NCBI GenBank assembly: GCA_951406725.2
Contig: OX597821.1
Coordinates: 64,728,001-64,792,000 of the forward strand
Source of the DNA: Octopus vulgaris
Lineage: Eukaryota
Direction of reading: 5' to 3'
Length of the DNA stretch: 64,000 nucleotides
Part shown: positions 54,765 to 64,000 of the stretch, piece by piece
Position numbering within the stretch: the stretch's first letter is position 1
How the letters are laid out: the number at the start of each line of letters is the position of its first letter
Notes under the pieces: model-generated
Told to the model about the DNA's origin: nothing
Seen by the model: only the letters and a program-made list of their open reading frames with translations
Databases searched by the model: none
Program-made: the position numbers and the translations under genes

Positions 54765-55305
54765 ATATGGCAAATAAAAAGTCAAAGAGTAAAAAATGGT
54801 GAATACAAATAAAATAGAAACTATTAACTGAAAATGATATTAAATGTATATGAAATTTGAAATATTAGAAATAAATTGAATAATAAAGTTATTTTTTTTA
54901 TGAAAATTTTTATAAAAATTGAAATGAAAATCTTTCAAATTTATGTTTTCATATTTGAAATAATTTGAAATATTACAATTATTTTTATATACGCCAAAAT
55001 ATATAGAAAAAATAGGACACACGCATACATATACATATGCACATATGTATATATATTTATAAACAGATGAAAGGTAAAATTTAAATTGAAGTTAAGTGAA
55101 AATGAAGTACGACATTAAGTTTCCTAAAATGGGAGAAAACATATATATGTGTATATATATATTTATGTGTGTTTGTGTGTGTGTGTGTGTACGTACTCAC
55201 GGAGGTGTAACCTAGCGCCCACGTATACATACTTATATATGTATGCATACATACATACATGCATACATGCATACATATATATATACTCGCCAAGAATATT
55301 TGAAA

Positions 55306-55369
55306 CCACCTGAAGAATGTCTACTACTCAAAGATGTGATGAAAAGAAGACATGAAACGATCGTAGTGG
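55306..55369 (+). ncRNA. Canonical type I hammerhead ribozyme
   Basis: CCAC CTGAAGA ATGTCT (25 nt) AGACAT GAAA CGATCG TA GTGG: every core nucleotide intact, GUA triplet. Confidence 0.88.
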
Positions 55370-55496
55370 ATATTAATAATTGTTAAATTACTAAATAATA
55401 TAAATTAATTTATGTATTGGATTAAGTCTTTCTTTGTTTGATTTGCATAATAGTGGTTTTGTCTCTAATTTGTATAATATATATATATATATATAT

Positions 55497-56068
55497 AAAT
55501 CCGTTCTGTCTGTCTGTGTGTGTGTCTTCTAGGATCTCGAGCATCCTCCATCCGATTGCGCTCAAATTTGATATGTAGATACCGACGGTATCATGTCGTG
55601 TAAAAGTCTTGAAAAAATAACAAAAATCTATTCCAGGTGAGAATGCTATCGGTAAAGCCATGGGAACGAGTATTTGTACGCGCAATTACATCAGCTGTTG
55701 CGGTCGATACTACGCGTACGCAAGAAAAATTGCACGTGCAGTTTGCGCAAAAAAATCCAGCTGGCATGAAATAATGCCACAAAATGCAGTATATTTAAGA
55801 GACCAAAAATCTTGACCTTTAACCACAGAAGGTTATGGGCATGCGGTAGGCCTCTCTTCTGCCATTCCACATTGTATGTGAAACAATGAACTACTCCGAA
55901 CAACTGGTCGTGCCTGAGCAAATCCATCATTTTTTGAAGCTTCAGATGGAAGACACGTGCAATGATATCATGCCTGTGAGAGGAATGTTGGCCATTGAGG
56001 AAGTGCGGATTTTGGTTTAAATGTTTGACAACTCAGCACCGTCCATTGGACGGGGCTCGTTTTGTACG
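55497..56068 (+). mobile_element. Non-autonomous Helitron-like element
   Basis: TCTGTCTG-type 5' region; subterminal hairpin CCGTCCA-T-TGGACGG at 56039-56053; internal Rep fragment. Confidence 0.7.
55805..56000 (-). pseudogene. Helitron Rep (HUH) fragment
   Basis: RHDIIARVFHLKLQKMMDLL..LFGVV..VEWQKRGLPHAHNLLWL. Confidence 0.92.
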
Positions 56069-56453
56069 TATATATATATATACATATGTATAAACTTACT
56101 TACATATATACATATATGTATATATATATATATATATAAAATTGGAAAAAAATACCTTTTATCAATTCAAAATGAACAATTAAATTACACCATCTAGAAA
56201 ATTACATATATTAGAAATATCAAAATTAAAATAACAATAAAATGTGAATGATAAGTTGCAAAAAAATAATAAAAACGTATATAATTGGTAGAATAACGAC
56301 AGCTTATCCTGTTCAGGCTATATTATTAGCATTATCCTGCGTTTGAAAATTTAAAATCATTTCTTTAAATTTCTAAGACATCTGAACTCTTGTAAAGCAA
56401 ACTTCGTTTGTTCGTTTACGTTCATCGAAATTTGGATTTAATATATATATATA

Positions 56454-57779
56454 TAACAAAGTGGAGTTGTTGGGTACCGCACGAGTGGAATTATATACGA
56501 AAGAATGTTTGAAAATGCAATTTAAAAGATGTTTATTTAATTTTCCGGTTTCACTCTTTGGAAAAAGATTGTCAAAAGTAACGTAGAAGTTTGGTTGAGT
56601 TAATTATTGGTTGTTACAAATTGCTACATAACATATATACAGTCTTTGGTAACAGGGACATGTTAAGGACATAAAAAAGTTCAACAGGTTCCTTAAAATA
56701 TTGCAACACACTAATAAACATTAACCACACACACACACACAAACGGGCACACATATACACACACCATCCTACCCCCCAAAATTCTTTAAATAACACACAT
56801 CTATTTACACCACCCTGGAACCAATCAAAAACAGCCCCCCCACACACACACACAAACACATGTTTGTATGTGTATATGCACACACACAAGGACACACACA
56901 CTCAAACCAATCTCACCTCCATACAGACACACATATACACACGCAGCACCATGCCAAATGCGATCCACACACATACATACACACACACACACAACACCAA
57001 GACAACCACACACGCGGTTGGCAAACGGACACACCATCCTACCAGATCTTACAGACACACAGACACATCTGTTCACACCACATATGTATGTATACACACA
57101 CTCACCCCATCCTGACCCCAAAATCATTGATGCTTGAAGGAGAGACAAAAAAAAAAAAGGTAAATTCTTTTCAGTTCCACATTAATCCTCCTTTTACTCT
57201 ACCATATCGGACAGGTCAGTTTTAGCTTCACTACTACTATAATGTAAATCTTTTTGAACTCATAATATTCTGTACGTGTATACTGAACTTTTTTTATAAT
57301 TCCTTCTGGAAATTATCTTGAGAATGTATAATATATTTCTTGTAATCTTTTGTGCCCATTATTTCAATGAGCTTGTTAAACTTTTTTATATTCTCAACAT
57401 GATCTCGTCACCAAAGAATGTATATTTATATGGATTGTAGTACTCTGTGTCAACCAATATTCTGTGCATGTTTGAATATACAGATACAATACCAATACCA
57501 ATATAAATTCCTTCTGAAACCTATCTTAAGCATGTCCTTGAGAACGATTATTGATGTAGTAATATTTTGTGCCCAATATTTTAAGGAACCTGTTGAATTT
57601 TTTATGTCCTTAACATGTCCCTGTTACCAATGACTGTATATATGTAATGTAGCAATTTGTAACAACCAATAATTAACGCAACCAAACTTCTACATGTTAC
57701 TTTTGACAATCTTTTTCCAAAGAGTGAAACCGGTAAAGTAAATAAATATCTTTTAAATTGCATTTTCAAACCTTCTTTC

Positions 57780-57781
<2 letters not shown>
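56454..57781. mobile_element. P2-related element with about 220-bp inverted repeats, each with an HHR-like motif
   Basis: About 56492-56702 is the reverse complement of about 57575-57783; terminus GTTGGGTACCGCACGAGTGGA resembles GTGTTGACCGCACGTGGA at about 44020. Confidence 0.8.
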
Positions 57782-57828
<47 letters not shown>

Positions 57829-57866
57829 TGTATGTATGTATGTATGTATGTATGTATGTATGTATG

Positions 57867-57897
<31 letters not shown>

Positions 57898-57899
57898 GT

Positions 57900-58330
57900 T
57901 AGGATCAACGAAGGTAAGAATGAAAACATGTTGCATGGTCGGGTCGTTGGCGACTAAACCAGCAACCCCACCAAGCTTGCTTGGTGAGGAGGGTGATTAT
58001 TGGACACCCTGCCGGATGAAAAACAAAACCCGTCAAAGGGTGGAGGAACTCTTGAGAGTCAACGGCCATCCAATAAATGCCCGGGGACATAGAAATAATC
58101 GGACTGAATACTCGCGGTTAAACCATTGGGAGTGAAGGACTCCTAGCCTTTGTTAGGGCATCCTTCTAGGAGAAGGTAAATCAGGAAACTGGGATAACTC
58201 CGACATAAACTGCGGCTCAGTGGTTACCGATGATGTTGACTTGTTCTTCTTTTCGGATTATGGCTGTTGTTGCTTAGTGAGTGGGATTGACTCAGTGCAC
58301 AGCCTTTCCTCACTTTAAAAAAATCTACTT
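57900..58330 (+). mobile_element. GC-richer repeat resembling an RTE LINE 5' UTR
   Basis: Motifs GGACACCCTGCCGG..AAAACAAAACC and AGGGCATCCTTCTAGGAGAAGG; recall-based only. Confidence 0.4.
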
Positions 58331-58534
58331 GCACAGGCATTGCACGATAACAACATTGATTAAGCTTCGGGCAATGGCCATACTCGATAACGAGGGGGCA
58401 GCCACCATATAAAATAGGGAAAGGGACAACAAAACAACCTGATAGACGATACAACGAAAATAAGGACGGGTCATTTGAAGTTTTCTTTCCTCAGTCACGT
58501 ACCAGATTATCTTCACAATTTAGACTTATTATAC

Positions 58535-58623
<89 letters not shown>

Positions 58624-58642
58624 TCTTGGTCGCAGCTCTTTT

Positions 58643-59048
58643 AGGCGCAGGAGTGGCTGTGTGGTAAGTTGCTTGCTAACCAACCACATGGTTCCGGGTT
58701 CAGTCCCACTGCGCGGCATCTTGGGCAAGTATCTTCTGCTATAGCCCCGGGCCGACCAATGCCTTGTGAGTGGATTTAGTAGACGGAAACTGAAAGAAGC
58801 CTGTCGTATATATGTATATATATGTATGTGTGTGTGTTTGTGTGTCTGTGTTTGATCCCCTAGCATTGCTTACAACCGATGCTGGTGTGTTTACGTCCCC
58901 GTCACTTAGCGGTTCGGCAAAAAGAGACCGATAGAATAAGTACTGGGCTTACAAAAAGAATAAGTCCCGGGGTCGAGTTGCTCGACTAAAGGCGGTGCTC
59001 CAGCATGGCCGCAGTCAAATGACTGAAACAAGTAAAAGAGTAAAAGAG
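58643..59048 (+). mobile_element. SINE family A, full length
   Basis: Head, body and (GTAAAAGA)n tail. Confidence 0.92.
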
Positions 59049-60733
59049 TATATATATACATATATGCGTGTGTATGCGTGTGCGTGCGTGTTTGTTTGTT
59101 TTCTATAACAACTTGACAACCAGTGTTGGTGTGATCGCATACCCGTAACACAGTGGTTCGGCAAAAGAGATGATAGGATAAGTAACATGTTTAAAAAAAA
59201 AATGAAAGATAGTAGCGTCTATTCATTCGACCGAAATACTTGAAGGTGGTGCACCAGCATATCTGCTGTCTAATGACAGAAACAAGTAAAAGAGTCATAG
59301 AATATACCTCATGCTTCTTCTTTCGTGCAACCGATTGAATATATGTGTGTATTACGTACGGATACATGTGTTTATGTATAAATTACATGAAATGTTCTGC
59401 TGTCGGCCTCCCGAAGGCCGAATTTTGTAAATACAGTGAAATAGTTTTTGAAAAAATAGATATCTACATTTTTTTTTCTTTAAAATGTAGTCAAAGTTAG
59501 ATATAGTAGATATAAATTGTTATTGCCAATCTTAGACGGCGTAAAATTAAATGTGCTCACATGAAGTAAATAGTTTTATTATTTCCAAATAAATAATATC
59601 CACCATATTCAGCTGACTGCATTTGCATCGTTTTATTGTAGAAAAATATCGTTTTTGTTGTTTTAGTTGAAAGTAATTCTACAATGACAGCTAACAGTTG
59701 TTTTTATCTTTTACGATAAAGATTTCCAACAATATTTTTTTTTATTAAATATTAGTATCTAAGATACACAGAGGATTTCAAGTGTGTATGCAATGTAAGA
59801 TGTATTTTTAACTAAAATATACGGCACTATGTCTCAGTCAGTCGGATGGTATGAATTATATATATATGATGCGAGGTTCAAGTTGTTGTTTACCCAAAGG
59901 TCATCTCTGATACAAGTGATAAACCTATCAACTTCTCGTATTTTTCTGTAAATTTAAGATTACATTATTAAACGCATTCGTTTTTTAACAAGTATAACAT
60001 GGCAGTCTTGGTTTAAGACTAATGTTGCTGCAATTTAGCCCCATGAGACATCGTCTCCAGCTGGCTATACGACACGATCTGTGTCCTTATATTAAGTACC
60101 AGTTACGCACAGGGGTCGATATAATCGACTTAATCCGTTTGACTGTCCTCGTTTGTCATTTCTGTGTTTAGCCCCTTGTGGGTAGTAAAGAAATAGGTAA
60201 TTCGTCTGCCGTTACGTTCTGAGTTCAAATTCCACTGAGGTCAACTTTGCCTTTCATCCTTTCGGGGTCGATTAAATAAGTATTAGTTACACACTGGAGT
60301 AACTTTCTGTTTCTGTTATAGTTGTAACTCATGCATCATGACAAGCGGTGTTGATTTGTTTGCATTCCTGTAAACTAGTGGTTCGGCGAAAATACCCAAT
60401 AGAATGAGTATCAGGCTTAAACAAGTACTTGATTAGATCTGATTAACTAAAACCCTTGAAGGCTATGGACGAACATGACCGCAGTCCAGGGACTAAAGCA
60501 AGTGAAATATTAAAGATAAAAGATAAAAATAGAAAAATACTTACATGCGTTCATGTATATATACAAAAGTGGCGAAAGGCTTTGCGCATGTGCGAATGGG
60601 GCTTGTAATTCATCTTAGTTATCAAAAGTTGTAGCAACTGCATTATCTTCGTAATATCTTCCCAACTTACACCCGTTTGCCATGAAAGTAGAAGGACAGA
60701 TCGAAGTTAATTCTTTTACAAAATATACAGATA

Positions 60734-60919
60734 CAGCATTCCTTCGCAATATCACGGTTCACGTATCGCGGTTTATTATTTAACCTTGCATCGATTCTTC
60801 TGTGGTGTTGCTTTGCATTTATAATAAAATAAGCATATACAAATTAAAAAAGTAGGAAAAAATATATACAGTACTGTTTCTACTTCGAGCATTTTCACCT
60901 ATCGCTGGGGAGATTACTG
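60734..60919 (-). mobile_element. Tigger/pogo-like MITE; partial sister copy at 61484-61643
   Basis: TA|CAG..CTG|TA termini; reverse homology to 62155-62446. Confidence 0.7.
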
Positions 60920-61305
60920 TATACCTGTAAGTGTGTAGGTGTGTTTGTGTCTACATCTGTTCCGCACAACTGCTTGATAACCGATGTCGGTGTGTTTACC
61001 TCCCCGTGATTTAACCGGTCAGTAAAATAAGTAGCGGGCTTAAAAAATATTACTGGGGTCGATTTGTTTAACTAAAATGCCTTTAAGACTAAGCACCAGC
61101 AAGATCTCATTCCAGGAATTGAAACAAGTAAAATATTAAAGACAGGTGCAGAAGTGGCTGTGTGGTAAGAAGCTTGCTTACTAACCACATGGTTCCGGTT
61201 TCAGTCCTACTATGTGGCACCATGGGCAAGTGTCTTCTAATAGAGCTTCGGGCCGACCAAAGCTTTGTGAGTAGATTTGGTAGATGGAAACAGAAAGAAG
61301 CCCGT

Positions 61306-61345
<40 letters not shown>

Positions 61346-61640
61346 CATAAGTGGCGAGGGGCTTTGCGCATGTGAGAATGGGGGTTGTAATACATCTTAG
61401 TTATCAAAAGATGTAGCAGCTGCATTATCTTTGTAATATCTTCCCAAATCACACCCATTTGCCATGAAAGTAGAAGGACAGTTAATTCTTCTCTGTGGTG
61501 TTGTTTTGAATTTATAATAAAATATATACAAATAATAAAAATAATTTTAAAAATATACAGTACAGTACTGCTTCTACGTTGCGGATTTTCAAATTTTGCG
61601 GGATGGGTGGAACGAAACACCCGCGATAGTCAAGGGATTA

Positions 61641-61693
<53 letters not shown>

Positions 61694-61698
<5 letters not shown>

Positions 61699-61885
61699 AG
61701 AGATTACGAAAAAGAAAACAACAACAAAAGATGAAGACAGGTGGTGTACAAAACAAACAGATGTATTAGTATAACGCTCAGGAATAGAAAAAGTCTTTTA
61801 CGTTTCGAGTCTACGCTCTTCTACAGAAAGGGACACAGAAAAAACAAGGAGAGAAAAAAATGTGTGCAGTGGCTAACGATCTATC
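61694..61885 (-). mobile_element. Solo P1 pseudo-LTR with A6U hammerhead at 61794-61830
   Basis: Minus strand CTTT CTGTAGA A GAGC GTAG ACTC GAAAC GTA AAAG; abuts (TA)n. Confidence 0.82.
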
Positions 61886-62154
61886 ATATGCGTGTGTGTG
61901 TGTGTGTGTCTTTGTCTCTATGCTTATCCCACCCCATTGCTGCTTGTCAACCGATGTTGGTGTGTTTACGTCCCTGTAACCTAATAGTTCGGCAAAGGAG
62001 GTCAATAGAATCATTACCAGGCTTTAAAAAATAAGTACTGGATTCATTTAACTAAAACTTGAAAGCGGTGCCCCAGCATGGCCGCAGTCTAATGAGTGAA
62101 ACAAGTAAAAGATAAAATATCAATTATAAAATATAAAAAAACGAAAAAAACATA

Positions 62155-62446
62155 CAGTAATCCCTCGACTATCGCGGGTGTAACGTTTCAAACACCGCGC
62201 GAAAGGTGAAAATCCGTGGCTTTTTGAGCCAAAAAATTAACTTAACTTGACTTAACCAGCACTCTACTGTATATTTATTATTATTATTTTTATAATTTGT
62301 ATATATTTATTTTATTATAAATGCAAGACAACATCACGGAGGAATCGAAGCAAGCTTAAAAAAATACCGCGATAAGTGGACTACGATAGGCGAATCACGA
62401 TAGGTGAATCGCGATATGTGAACCAGGATATGGTGAGGGATGACTG
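62155..62446 (+). mobile_element. Tigger/pogo-like MITE
   Basis: TA-flanked TIRs CAGTAATCCCTC / GAGGGATGACTG. Confidence 0.8.
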
Positions 62447-62929
62447 TACATGCATTCATGTATATATATACATATGTTTGTTGGGTTAGGGACTAGCTTT
62501 GCGCATGTGAGATGAGAGTTGTAATACGTCTTAGATATCAAAAGTTGTAGAAACAGTATTATCTTAGAAAAGAAAACCGCAAGAGTATGCAGTGTCGTTA
62601 TTGTGGTATTGGCCTCTATGATATTGCATTGTATAGTTTGTATATCGTTCAGACTGTCTGTGTGTGGGTGGGTGAGGGGTTAGGGTCTGTGTGAGTGGTC
62701 AGTGTTGGCTTTAACATGTTTTAATCAAGCGACCAGAGTCGGTGCCAATCTTGTCAAGTGATACACCAGTACAGGAAGCGACACAAAACAACAACACTAT
62801 TGAAGTGTACTGTTGTATAAGCAAACACGACTTAGCTTGCTTTCTTTATAAACAATTTCCGGAACACTGAACTGTAGAAACAACATACGTTACTGAAATG
62901 AAGACAAGCCGATCGATGACGATGGCATG

Positions 62930-63093
62930 CAGATGATGACGACGATCATTATTATTGCTCTTCTTCTTCTTCTTCTTCTTCTTCTTCTTCTTCTTCTTCT
63001 TCTTCTTCTTCTTCTTCTTCTTCTTCTTCTTCTTCTTCTTCTTCTATTATTATCATTATTATTATTATTGTCATCACTATCATTATTTATATG

Positions 63094-63156
<63 letters not shown>

Positions 63157-63178
63157 GCTACAGCTGCTGCTGCTGCAG

Positions 63179-63247
<69 letters not shown>

Positions 63248-63317
63248 TAACCACCACAATTACCAGCAACTTTATGTTTTGCCTTTTCTATTGTCATCAT
63301 TACTGGTATTGTCACTG

Positions 63318-63351
<34 letters not shown>

Positions 63352-63404
63352 AATTAGTATTATTATTAGCAGCAACAGAAGAAGCAGCACTGGCAGCAGC
63401 AACG

Positions 63405-63451
<47 letters not shown>

Positions 63452-63869
63452 AGTGGTGGTGGTGGTGGTGGTGGTGGTGGTGGTGGTGTTGGTGTTGGTG
63501 GTGGTTTTCGTCGTCTTCGTCGTCGTCGTCGTTGTCGTAGTAGTAGTAGTAATAACAAGGCTGCTTCTTGTAACGAGTCATGTTTGATGGTTATTTTTGA
63601 CGACCAAGACGATGACGATGATGATGATGACCTGATGATCATATGATGATGATGATGACGGCACCGACGACGATGACGATGACGATAACGAAGAAAACTA
63701 TCATGATGACAATGACTTGGGTGATGTTCGTATGGGAGAGGGGCTGACAGAGAAACTGAAGAAGGTAGAAATGAAGAAAGAAAAGAAGAACAAGAAGAAG
63801 GAAAGGAGAAGGACGAAGAGGAAGGGGAGAAGGAGAAACTAAACAAGAAGAGATATAATAATAATAATG

Positions 63870-63920
<51 letters not shown>

Positions 63921-64000
63921 TTAATAATAATAATAATAATAATATTAATATTAATAATAATAATAATAATATTAATAATAATAATAATAATAATAGTAAT
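62930..64000. repeat. Compound trinucleotide repeat block: TTC, TAC, ATT, GTA, GGT, GAT, AAT
   Basis: Direct. Confidence 0.95.

Noticed and set aside
58400-58510. CTGAGGA AAG AAAA CTT CAAA on minus, with a related repeat at 33290-33425
   Set aside because: A shared repeat is plausible, but GAAA is missing in both copies; too decayed to call a ribozyme.

Overview
AT-rich eukaryotic DNA saturated with (TA)n, (TCTA)n, (CA)n, (TACA)n and trinucleotide microsatellites. The SINE repertoire and composition resemble an octopus (coleoid cephalopod) genome; this is an inference from recalled repeat families. No intact host protein-coding gene is supportable, and almost all ORF-track entries are translations of microsatellites. 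The non-simple DNA is transposon-derived: three tRNA-headed SINE families, decayed mariner, Tc1, Tigger-like and Helitron elements, RTE and RLE-type LINE relics, and many Penelope-like element (PLE) remnants, two with GIY-YIG endonuclease ends. The main signal is a set of type I hammerhead ribozymes (HHRs) that the ORF track does not show. A 553-bp tandem array at 6821-9752 has one HHR per unit plus a foldback inversion, a retrozyme or non-autonomous PLE-like architecture predicted to release 553-nt RNAs. Around a dozen further intact, variant or relic HHRs sit in (TA)n-embedded, often palindromic elements, including family-fixed non-canonical cores (A6U; apparent U3-A8 covariation; U4C). All folds were read by eye and need covariance-model and cleavage tests.
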